DNA from: Elsinoe ampelina
Taxonomy: Eukaryota
Reading direction: 5' to 3'
Length of the DNA: 46,440 bases
NCBI GenBank assembly: GCA_010093995.1
Contig: ML992504.1
Location: 1,909,250-1,955,689 of the forward strand
The position numbers and the translations under genes are program-made. This document shows, piece after piece, positions 1 through 11,560 of the stretch (within the stretch, counting starts at the first letter, position 1; each line of letters opens with the position of its first letter). The notes under the pieces are model-generated. The model saw nothing but the letters and a program-made list of their open reading frames with translations, ran no database searches and was not told where the DNA came from.

Positions 1-632
1 TTTAAGTTTATAATCTTTATTAGAAACTTAAGATAAAGATCTTTAACTAGCTTATCTATATACTTCTACCTAGTAGTAATAATCCTAAAGTTATTAATAT
101 ATATAAGAACTATATAATACTTATTAATAAAGAGATAGGTATTACTATAGAATTTAATAAAACTAAGTAATAAAAGTGCCTTAACTATAGTGTTATACTA
201 GAGAGTAGTAGCTTACTTAAGCCTATATAAGTCCTTTATAAGAATAATAAGCTTATTCTATTTACTAGGAATTAGTACGCCTTCTAGATAGGAGATATAG
301 TTCTTAATATTAATATCTAGTCTAAGGAATATAGTAACTATATTAGCTATTATAATAACCTAGTTATAATAAAGAGTATATATAAGAATTACTCTTCTAG
401 TTTTAGCTCTTAGTATTAGTATAAAGGTTCTAACAAAGTTAATATCTACTCTTTAAGTAAAGCCTCTTATAGTCTAATAAGCCTTATATCTTTTAACTTT
501 GCTATTAGTAAGCCTCTTAGTCTTAAAGACCTATTTGTCTATTATTAGCCTAACACCTCTTAGTGTCTATAATTTCTTAATAATTAAGAAAGTTTTAGAG
601 TTAGTTAGAGCCTTCTACTCTACCTCTATTAT

Positions 633-830
633 TATAACAAAGATAGAATATTAGAGCTAGAAAGATAAGTATATAGGAGTAGAATAGGTATTATACTAGT
701 ATACTCTTAATTATTATAAGACTAATCTCTACTCTATCTATTCTATAGGTAAGGAGTGTTTTATTCTTCTATAGAGAATAGTATCTCTAGAGTAAGCTAG
801 CGTAGTATACTTACTACGTTAGTTCTTATA
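633..830 (-). repeat. 3' LTR of the chromovirus
   Basis: Ungapped match to 7709-7906 with about 19 differences by manual count, all transitions. Ends TA..TA, consistent with RIPed TG..CA. Confidence 0.93.
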
Positions 831-1488
831 ATTATTCTTCCTCTTTAAGGAGTACGCTCTTACGCTTATAAGCCTTAATAAAACCTAAAAAACCTAGTAT
901 AGGAGAAAACTAGAAAAGAGTATCTTACTAGCGCCTCTTAGGCGTAGTATACTCTTCGTATATATAGCGTACCTATAGTAGCCTATACTATTCTTCGTAT
1001 ACTAGATATAGTAATAATAGTATAATCTTTATATATAGAATATAGCGCTCTTATATTATTATCTTTATATATAAGAATTTACTTATTATTATATACTACT
1101 ACCTATTATTCTCCGGATTAGTCTTAGCTTAGAGCTAGATATATATCTTTCTCTTCTCTTTCTCTTCTTCTTTTCTTCTTTATAATACTTCCTTTACGTA
1201 AGTATTCTACTTAATACTAGCTCTATACTTATATAGGTCTAATACTATACTAGTAATCTATTTTAGGTGCTATATAGTATAGACTAGGTCTTACTAGCCT
1301 AAGGGCTAGTAGGGGAAGCTTAGTATATATACTAAGCCTATACTACTATAGATCTAGCTATTAGGCTTATCTATTTAGTTGTTTATTTACTAACTTAGTA
1401 TAGTATCTACGTAGTAATTTTTTTTTTCTCTTTATTATTTTAGCTCTATACTAGCTTACCTTCTATACGCTTATATACTTTAATAACT

Positions 1489-2359
1489 ATAGCCTCTAAA
1501 GTTTCTAAGGAGTAAGTATTATATATAGTACTTACGCTACGCTAGTACTAACCTTTTATAGACCTTATAAGAGCAATTTTACTAACTAGAACTAGTACTC
1601 TATACTATACTCGCGCTATACTATTACTATTAATAAGTACCTCTAGCTTAAAAATAGTATACTCTCTATCGAGAATTCTCTCTACTAAATTACTAAGGCT
1701 AAAGCTACCTACTATAATTATTATAGTTATAGTAATAAACACTACTACTAGGTATACTCTATATCTATGCTATATCTACTTTATACTAACCTTAGTAGTC
1801 TACTAAGCTTAACTCTAAGAATTAAGCTACTACTAAGAAGCTCTAGGATAAATACTTTACTATATATATACTACTCTATAATAACACTATTACTCCTAAG
1901 AAGAATATTATTCTCCTAAAGTGCCAAATTACTACCTATACTAACTATATACGCGAGAAGGCTAGCGCTAAGTATATATAGAGTAAGTCTAATACTAAGA
2001 GTAAGAGTAAGGTAGTTAATAAGAGTAATAGTAATAGTATAACTTCTTTACGCTATAATAGCGCTATTACTATGCTCTTCGCCTCTAAAGTTAATACTAA
2101 GTAGCTAGTAAAGGCGCTACGCCTAGGTATAATTAGTAATACTAGCTTTATACTTAAGGCTTTAGTCTATTATATAAGTCTAAAAGTGCGCCTCTATAAC
2201 GCCTAAGCTATACTAACTTTCTTATAGGTAGTTACTAAGAATAAGTAAGCTACTACTACGTAGGTAATTAATAATGCTATAAGAGCGCTAACTAGGTATA
2301 TTAATAGTATTAAGAAGAATAATAAGGATAAGACTAAGGTAGATAATATAGATAGTTAA
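1489..2359 (+). pseudogene. RIP-degenerated spliced gene antisense within the chromovirus 3' region (exons 1489-1511, 1562-1751, 1796-2359; ~258 aa)
   Basis: Start context taataactATAgcc de-RIPs to caacaaccATGgcc. Intron 1512-1561 reads GTAAGT..TACTAAC..TAG and intron 1752-1795 reads GTATAC..TACTAAC..TAG. Exon phases join into one frame whose few stops are all TAA/TAG (RIP products of CAA/CAG/TGG). K/N/S tracts de-RIP to E/D/G-rich tracts. Confidence 0.72.
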
Positions 2360-2589
2360 AGTAGAGAGAGCTAGGGCACTATATCTATACTATACTCTCT
2401 TTACTTTAGTATAATTCTATAGTTTTTACTACGCTAGTATTCTCCCTATATAAGCTAATAATACTCTAAGCTAACCTAGTACTACGCCTAGGTACTCTTT
2501 ACTTTAAAATTTATACCTTTAACTTATTAATTCTAAGTATATCTAGAGTGTTTAGCTAGCACTATACTTATACTAAGCTACCTTATATT

Positions 2590-5500
2590 TATATAGTAAT
2601 TTCTTAGCGTTTATAAGGTTTTTTACTAGCTCCTATATACTTTCTTTTATAGAGTAACTCTACTACTTTACTAGGTAGTATAGCGCTTTTAAAGTACTAG
2701 TATAGCCCTTACTAAAGATATATTTAATAATATATTCTTCTTACTCTTCTACCTCTAGGGATAGTAGATATATACCTTTACTACGCCTATATAGCTCTAG
2801 TAGCGTAACATTAAAGACGTTATAGATTAGCTTTATTTTGTCTAGTAAGCGTAGCTTATACGCCTACGTACTAATTCGTTATATAATTATAAATAGGCTA
2901 ATATACTTAGCTAATAGCTTACGGCTAGGTCTAGCGCTACGAAGGTTCTTAGTACTAAGTATAACTTTATTACTATTATAGAAGACTTTTGCTTATTAAC
3001 CTCTATTATAGGCTAGCGCTTAGTCTTTCTATACTTTATATAGGTGTTAGGCAAGCTCTATATACGTTTTAGTAATAGATTATACTTAGTTATTAACCGA
3101 TAAGTTATACGCTAGTATATAGCTAGGTAGCGCTAGTGCCTTAATATTATTAAGTAGGTATATCTTCTATATAAATAAGAACTACGCTAGCGTAGCGTAT
3201 AGTAACGCTTAATATATGTTATTATATACGAATTGCACCTACTTAACCTAGTATAGCTAGTCTATCTAGTAATAGTTAATAAAGTAATATAGGTACTACT
3301 CTAGCGTCTAGTTTTGTCTTTTAGTTTAGCTATCTATCTATAGATAGAAACTAGTACTAAGCTTATATTATGCCTTCTAGCGCTAGTATAGCGCACTCTA
3401 GAATTTACTTATAAAGATAAACTCTCTATCTAAGACTAGTGTCTTTAGCGTTCTAAATAACGTTATAATATCTATTTTAAATAAATTAGTAAAGTCTCTA
3501 GTATTAAGCTTAGTTAATATTAGTATATAGATACTAAACTTAGACAAGTAATAGACATATATAACAATTGTATCTATAATAACACTAGGCTAGAGCTTTA
3601 CTAGGGGTAAGCTAGTAATAAAATTAAGTAACTAGTATTATAAGGCCTTAAGTGTTATAGGAGGCTATAAGGTTTATACTATATTACCTTATGTCTTTAG
3701 TAGCTATTATAGCGCTTAATATATACTTTCGTAGCGACGGATATACCTAGCTACTAGTACTTTCTCCTTATATTAAAGTAGGTCTTTATATAGCTAAAGT
3801 AACTCCCTAAGGAGTTATTATAATTATGCTATATAAGCTCTACTCTTAGAGTAGTTTCTTCTAGAATATATACTCTATCTCCGTTCCGGAGTAAGCTATT
3901 ACTAGATAGGCTTTACTTAGGGGTAGTACTATTACTAGTTAAGGTTCTCTCTTTTAGAAGTTTCTATTTCTTACTATAAGTAAAGGTGTCTCTTTACTAT
4001 ACTATATAGATAAGGTCCTAGAGCGATATAGGAGTAGAAGAGATATATATAGTCTTATCTACTAGTACTTACGTAGTATAAAGATACGTAATTTACTAAC
4101 TCTAGTTTAAAATTATAGTAGGCTTTTTACTAGAGGTATTCTAGAGTTATACGAGTATTATACTATCTTTATACTCTTAGCTCTCTATTATTTCCTAGGC
4201 GAGTAGTAGCACGTCCTAGAATACTAAAGTAGGTATATATCGTTCTAATTTAATATTACTAGTTAGGCTTAGAGAGAGATTTATATAAGTACTCTCTAGG
4301 TACTACTCTTTTTACTCTAGAGGCTCTAACTCTTCTTAGTATAGCTATAGTACTCCTAAGGTAATAGGTAGACTTATAGGTACTATTCTAGAGGTATATT
4401 AGAATTATATAAGCGCGTTATATTAGAGAGTAGTTTAAGACATATAAGCTATACTAGCTTTATTACTATCTTCCTAGGCTCTACTAGCCTTAGGTTCCTT
4501 ATCTATAATAGATATAGGTATAACTCCTTTACTTCGTATTTATAATACTTACTCTAAGAGAGAAACTAATATATAGTACTTTTCCTATATATCTTCTTTA
4601 TGCTTATAGTAGTTAGGCCTACGTAATAGGCTATTAGCTAAGTTAGTCTTCCTACTATAGTACTAAATAACAATATTAAACTATACTAGTACCTCGGCGT
4701 AGTAGGCCTAGCGCTATAAAAGCTTCTTAGTAGTTAGAAAATACCTAAGGTTATTATAGTTAGAGAGAACTTTAATTAGAGTAGTAGTACTAAGTAGATA
4801 CTAGCGCTAGTACTACGCTACTTCTATAATAGTAAGAAGCTCTTTATCGTAGGTAGTATAGTTTAGTTCTATACCTTATAGCTTCTAGGACTAGAACGCT
4901 ATAGAGTACTAGTATTATATAGAGGTATTACCTTTATATTACTAGAAGATTACTCCGGAAAGTATAAAATCTAAAGTATTAGTCTCGAGCTAGAGAGGCT
5001 TACTTAATAAAAAGTAGTATAGTATAGATACTTATGTAAAGGTAGCTTTAAGCCTATTAAAGGCCTATACTATATCGTCGCTCTATAGAAATAGGCCTAC
5101 TTACTTCTCTTAGACTAACTCTTATATAAGTATAGTTAGTAGTAGTACTACGTAGAAGAAGCTCTTAATAAATTAATAGTAGAAATTAGTAAATCTAAGA
5201 AAGGTTTATAACTCCTTAAGACTAGTAGAGGTAGACTAGTTAGTAATAGCTTATACCTAGAGCTACTCTATTATAACACTATTACTACTAATAATATAGC
5301 TTAGAAATACTACCTATATTACCTCGAAGATATACTTCTTTAGTTTTATATAGAGGCTATTCTTACGTAGGTAGTCTAGTACGCTCCTAATAGCCTAGTA
5401 ATACTTTTACTTATCGCTAGCGTAGATTAGAATATCGTCTAGATATATAATATAGTAGTAGTCTACTAAGCTACTTAAGTACTAATATATATAAGCTTAG

Positions 5501-6430
5501 AATATAGCTAGAGCGTTAGTAAGGCTAAAAGGTATAATAGTATATTTAAAGTAGCTATAGTAATAGTAGAACGCTATCTTCTATTTATTACTACGCTAGA
5601 TATATACCTTATAGTAGGCATCTATAAGGTCTAGCTTACTAAATAAGTATATACTCTTAATATAATTAAGTATCTTAGTAATTAGAGGTAAGAAGTAATA
5701 GTTCTTAATAGTAATATTATTTAGCCTATAATAGTTAATATATAGGCATAGCGAACTATTCTTCTTAGAAATAAATAGGATAGAAGACTCTATAGGGCTA
5801 GTACTATACTAGAGTTAACTCGTTGCTAAGCTATTATCTATATACTCTCGAAGTACCTAAAGCTCCTTTTTACTAAGGGGGTAGATAAGTCCCTAGAGTA
5901 GCTATTTTCCCTCTTTAATATCGATAGAGTAAGTAAAATTGTTACTTAGTAGTGCTATTACTACGCTCTTATTAAAAACATCTACGTAGTTATTAAGCTA
6001 GTATAGTAGAGTTAAAGCGCTAGGTTTATCCTAGTATATATATACTAAGTAGAGCTAGGCATTAGGCTAATTTAGCTCCTAGGAGAAGGAGAGTATATCT
6101 AGAATTAACACCTATATAGCGCTAGTATAATACCTCTATATACTAGCGCTCTACTAAATCTTAGAGTTATAGAATAATAGCTATAGTAGGCCTAATATAA
6201 GATTATAACTAGTTATATTAACGCTTTTAAACCGCTAGCGCGACACTTATATTATTTCTTTACTATTCTTAATAGTAAAAGCTAACTTAGTATATCTATA
6301 GGTAGTTAATTTATATTTGTCTAAGCTATATACTTAGTATACTACTAGGGGGTCGACGGCGATATAATAGCGTATAGCAAAATACTAGCTAATAAAGTTA
6401 CTATTAGCGCTACTATCTATTAGAGCTACC
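2590..6430 (-). pseudogene. Gypsy pol relic: protease, reverse transcriptase, integrase, chromodomain (boundaries approximate)
   Basis: ALIDSSANSNFIS (=LIDSGA) ~6390-6426. YLDDILIY 5422-5445. LNFITSLP ~3605-3628. KLSTSFYL*IDS*TKRQN*TLE*YL (=STxFHPQTDGQTERQNQTLEQYL) ~3290-3364. YYLVK**SY..KESI*EL..NL (=YLVKWxGY..ESTWEP..NL) ~2615-2680. Confidence 0.92.
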
Positions 6431-7708
6431 TCTTTAATAGGCTCTTTAGGTAGGTTAACTATAATATTAGTACAAATTTAGTATATATCTTATATTATAC
6501 TAGAGCTACTTAGAATTAGTAAATATAAGAACACTATTCGTTTTAAAGAGTTCTTCTAGAGATAGTTTAGCGCCTAATAGTCTAAGCTCTTATAGATGTT
6601 ATAAGAGTAAGTAGCGCTAGGTTAGAGAGCTATAGGAGTAGCGTTAGCGCTACTCTACTAGTCTTTTTAGCTCTTATAGTCTTTGTTATAGTAAGGCCTT
6701 TTAGTAAAAGTATTAGTCTTCTCTTTAGCGTTATACTTATACTACTCTTATATAGAGTCGAAGTAGCCTAGTAGGTTCTACTCTAAACGAGATAGATATA
6801 CTAGGAGTTCTACCTTAATTAGAAGTAGATTTCTCTAATAAAGTACTTCTAAGCGTAGCTCCGGCGTAGTATAGGTAATAAGCTATATATAGTAGGTATT
6901 ATCTAGGAGTAGTACTATCTTAATATAAAACTTATAACTATCGAGAAACATATAGAAATTAGTAATTAACTATTCTCTATACTAGTATAACGTAAAGAAC
7001 TTTACTACGTAGCTATTACTATAGTTTTTAAGACTCTAGGCTTAGTCCTAAAGCTAGAACTATATTAGGCTCTATAAGGGTATAACGCTAGCGCTCTTAG
7101 TATATAAGTCCTAATTATAGCTAAGCTAATCTTTTAAGTAGCTAGTAGCTATATAGCACTAAGTAACTTCTTTAAAGTAGATATTTAGTACTATCTTAAA
7201 GATATTATTATACGTATATATAAATTCCTTAACTCTTACTATAATAGTAAACTCTAAGGCCTTAGAGTAGTGTAAGTTTAGTATATACTCTCTTATAATT
7301 TATAGGTTTATTAGGTAGATATCGTCGAGTTATACGTTATTAAAACAACTATATAGCACCGGCGCTATAACTAGAGAGTAACTACTAAGTATATTCTTAA
7401 GCTAAGTAATATAAGTAAGAAGTACTTTATATATAGTATTATTTTCTATGTCGGCTATACTTCCTATAGGAGCTATATTAGCGCGGTATAGCCTTAGCGC
7501 TAGCTCTTCCTTAGCCTAGCAATCTTTAATAGAAGTTGTCTCTAAAGTTATAGCTAATTTAGTAAATGTCTTACTAATAGCTAAGCTATTAGAGAGTTAT
7601 CTATACTAGTACTACTCTAGTAGTAGTTAGTCGTTTTACTAGCGCTAAGTATAGAGTACTATCTTATCTATATAGCTCTATCTAATAGAATATAAAAGAG
7701 ATTAGAAT

Positions 7709-7906
7709 TATAATAAAGGTAGAATATTAGAGCTAAGAAGATAAGTATATAAGAGTAGAATAGGTATTATACTAGTATACTCTCGATTATTATAAGACTA
7801 ATCTCTACTCTATCTATTCTATAGGCGAGAAGTGTTTTATTCTCCTACGGAGAATAGTATCTTTAGAGTAAGCTAGTATAGTATACTTACTATATTAGTC
7901 CTTATA
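7709..7906 (-). repeat. 5' LTR of the chromovirus
   Basis: Direct repeat of 633-830, followed by the ATTAT TSD. Confidence 0.93.
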
Positions 7907-9198
7907 ATTATAGCTTACTAGTAATAACCTTTAGGAGAGAATAGTATATCTCTTACTATTTATAGGTCTAGCTTAAAATTAATAGCTATAGATCTAATAA
8001 TCTTACTATTATTAAGTTTCTTATAATTAATCTAGTAATATATTCTAAGGGACCTTCTAATAGTTTCTTATAGTAAGAGAAATCTCTTCCTTTTACTAGT
8101 TAAAGGTTATATATTAAATAGTGTAATAAGAAAGTTAATATTCTTATTTTATATATATATTAGTAGTTAATTAATATTAACTATAGGATTAAAGGTTAAA
8201 TATAGTTCACTAATAACTTTAGGTAGTAGTATTATAAGGTCTTTACTTTTATAATTAGTAATAATAAGTTACTTCTCTTATTTATTAATAGATTAAGGAT
8301 CTAGCTAAGAATATTAGTATTACTCTCTCTATTCTTTAATAGAGGTAGATAGTTATTATTTATATTTAGAGATTAAAGAGTAGTTAGATATTAGTTGTTT
8401 AGCTTAAGGTTATTTAGCCTAAGTAGTTTATAGATTCTTATAACTAAAGGGTAGTTAATTATAGCTATAGTCTTAATTATAATTACTACTAAATATCTAC
8501 TCCCCCTAAAGCTATAAAGCCTTAGGTTATTATACCTATAGGATATATAGCTATTTAATAACTTATGTTACCTAGTCTTTATAGACTATATTCTTATTAA
8601 ATATTATATAGAGTAATATAATAATCTTTCTCTTCTAGGCTTACTAAGTATAATACTAATAGAGTATCTAGATAAGGTAATTAGTTATTAAGTTATTCTA
8701 TATACTAATATACTAACTAAGTAGTACTCTAGCTTAGAATTTATATAATTTAGAAATATATTAGTTATAGATATAGGCTCTATAGCTAAAGCGTCTAATA
8801 TAAGCTAATAAGACTAGTCTATTATTATTAAGAAGATTCTTTCTTAGCTCTTATATAGGGATCTTCTTAGTTTTAGTATAGGTAATTCTATTACTAATAT
8901 AAATTATAAACTCTATAACTATATATTAGAGTTTAAGGGGTGCTCTATAATTAATAAAGATATACCTTATTCTAAGAATAACTACTTTATTAGTAGCCTT
9001 AGATTTACTATTTTAGTATAAAGTATTAGATATAAAGATATCCTATCTCTACTCTTTAAGATAAATAGCTATTACTAGTTTATAGTTCTTAAATTTACTT
9101 TCTCTATTAGAGATAAAGATAAATAAAAGCTTATTATAGACTATTTTATTCCTTATATAGATAAGTTTAATTACTACTAGTATATTACTCTTAAGGAA

Positions 9199-9778
9199 NN
9201 NNNNNNNNNNNNNNNNNNNNNNNNNNNNNNNNNNNNNNNNNNNNNNNNNNNNNNNNNNNNNNNNNNNNNNNNNNNNNNNNNNNNNNNNNNNNNNNNNNNN
9301 NNNNNNNNNNNNNNNNNNNNNNNNNNNNNNNNNNNNNNNNNNNNNNNNNNNNNNNNNNNNNNNNNNNNNNNNNNNNNNNNNNNNNNNNNNNNNNNNNNNN
9401 NNNNNNNNNNNNNNNNNNNNNNNNNNNNNNNNNNNNNNNNNNNNNNNNNNNNNNNNNNNNNNNNNNNNNNNNNNNNNNNNNNNNNNNNNNNNNNNNNNNN
9501 NNNNNNNNNNNNNNNNNNNNNNNNNNNNNNNNNNNNNNNNNNNNNNNNNNNNNNNNNNNNNNNNNNNNNNNNNNNNNNNNNNNNNNNNNNNNNNNNNNNN
9601 NNNNNNNNNNNNNNNNNNNNNNNNNNNNNNNNNNNNNNNNNNNNNNNNNNNNNNNNNNNNNNNNNNNNNNNNNNNNNNNNNNNNNNNNNNNNNNNNNNNN
9701 NNNNNNNNNNNNNNNNNNNNNNNNNNNNNNNNNNNNNNNNNNNNNNNNNNNNNNNNNNNNNNNNNNNNNNNNNNNNNN
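9199..9778. other. Assembly gap (N run) within Copia-A
   Basis: Run of N characters. Confidence 1.
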
Positions 9779-11162
9779 TAACTATACTAACTTCTATATT
9801 AAGTAGCTTCTTTATACTAATAGCTTATTTAAATTTAAAAATACTTTTATATACCTTAATTGTTAAGAACTATAACCTATCTTTAATATAGTGCCTTAAT
9901 ATACTAGAGTTATAGATTACTCTATTCTTACTATAGGTTAAGAATAATAATATAGATACTACTACTACTCTATAGACTAGTATAATAATATTAATATTAG
10001 TATTAGAGTATTTATCTAATTTACTTACCTTAGTAGGTTCTTTAGATTCTTTAATAGCTACTTAACCTTTAACTTTCTTAGTCTTTAACTTATTACCTTT
10101 ACCTTTAGCCTTTATACCTTTATTATTTAACCTATCTTTATTATTCCTTTTACTTTAACTCTTTAGTACTTTCTTAGGGTACTACTTAAAGTAATCTATA
10201 TTAGAGTAGATATAATAAGTATACTAAGTATATTAATTCTTAATATAACTAGCTACTCTATAAATAGAGTTTAGATTAGTTCTTCTATTATATAGAGGCT
10301 TCTATATTCTAAGAGAGTCTATTATCTCTTTAAGACTCTTCTTATAGTTAAGGCTAGATCTTTAGCTCCTTAACTATTTAGTAGTCTTTATTCCTATAAT
10401 AAACATAGTCTTAATATAGTATAGAGAGAGCCTAAACTTATCTAGTTTAGCACTAATAGTACTTACTCTTTACTCTATAGTAATAGTATATTAATAATAG
10501 TACTTTATGAAATCTTTATAGTACCTTTAGGTATTATAACTTATTATAATTACCTTATTAAGGTTATAGATAGCTATATATAGCTTATATAAAACAATAG
10601 GTTTAAATATAGCTTTAATAGTGTCTAGAAGTTTCTTTAAAGTCTTCTAAGTTATACTATAGTAAGGTCTAATAGATTTATAAATCCTTATTATAATAAT
10701 ACTATAAGTAATTCTATTATTCTTATACTAGGTCTTATTCCTAACCTTATAGACTACCTTAGTGCCTTTACTAGTATCTAGGGCTAGTTCTTTAGGCTTT
10801 ATAACTGCTAGTATCTAGTCGATGCTATAAATTATATATCTAAGTATATCCTTTTTAAGAAGAGCTACCTTAAGAGTTAATCTCTAAGTATTATAGTTAC
10901 TCTCTCTCTTAAGAATCTAAGTCTTAAGCATTTTTACTAATCTAGACATAATAATAGTAATTAGCTAAAGGCTTATTAATTTAATTAATATAATTAACTT
11001 ATTTAAGCTGTTTAAGCTGTTTAATTAAAGAGTTAATATAGGCTACTATAAGTGTTTATCTTAATATAGCTAGTCTAGAATTTAGTATAGGCAGCTTAGT
11101 AATTCTTTTAATAATAATACACTTAATTTACTATAGCTTTAAGTACTTTTATAGAAGCGCTA

Positions 11163-11477
11163 GGCTTATAACCTATTATAACTAGCAAATCGAATCGAGA
11201 GATATATATTTTATTTAGAGAGTTATAATAACTAATTTATCTACTATACGTGTACTAATTTATTAGTACTAGTTCTTTAGTACTAGAGAAGCTATACTAG
11301 CCTTCTATTATAATAGATCTATTACTATTCTTCGTTCTTACTCTAATTTTATCTACTAGAGAACGAAAAGTATTAAGTAAGTAAGCGCGATAGTAGTAGT
11401 TTTATATTTCTTAATTAAGTAAGTAGAATTAAGAGACACACGAGATAGAATAACTCTCTATATCGAGGGGTTTAACA
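11163..11477 (-). repeat. Putative primer-binding site (11163-11173) and 5' LTR (~11174-11477) of Copia-A
   Basis: Minus strand reads GGTTATAAGCC (=GGTTATGAGCC, the Ty5/copia half-tRNAiMet-type PBS) directly after a TAATA end. The outer end is taken at minus-strand TGTTAAA. No second LTR copy in the window confirms it. Confidence 0.65.
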
Positions 11478-11560
11478 TCTTTCTAGTATAACGCTATAGT
11501 ATAGTGCCTTATAGAATATACTAATTATAAACTCTCTATTATAGTACTAAGCCTAAGCTA

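Larger units (their letters stand above)
633..7906 (-). mobile_element. Full-length Ty3/Gypsy chromovirus LTR retrotransposon, RIP-inactivated
   Basis: 198-bp direct repeats at 633-830 and 7709-7906. ATTAT target-site duplication at 628-632 and 7907-7911. Minus-strand polypurine tract (aaagaggaagaa, ~835-846) next to the left LTR. PR, RT, INT and chromodomain relics in Gypsy order. Confidence 0.95.
1..11477 (-). mobile_element. Ty1/Copia LTR retrotransposon relic (Copia-A), interrupted by the Gypsy at 633-7906 and running off the left edge
   Basis: Minus-strand order gag-PR-INT-RT. Zn-knuckle-like relic followed by YPKKV (=HPEKA-like) ~10170-10240. IYNSS (=IYDSG) ~9900-9925. YISNRIT and YIRRFSYRAYIY (=HIRRFGCRAY) ~8765-8905. 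K*VFKTK..RYKA...RGF ~460-540. LYRLK*A ~210-230. YINN (=YVDD) 90-101. Confidence 0.9.

Noticed and set aside
1080..1260. Possible second extra ORF on the chromovirus sense strand (RRKEEEKEKRK-like tract)
   Set aside because: Only a short purine-rich tract, with several stops and no start or splice structure that I could support.
11500..11520. TA-TAGTGCC as a CAGTG-type Tc1 left end
   Set aside because: No matching right end. The TIR pair at 11561-11596 and 13178-13213 explains the element.
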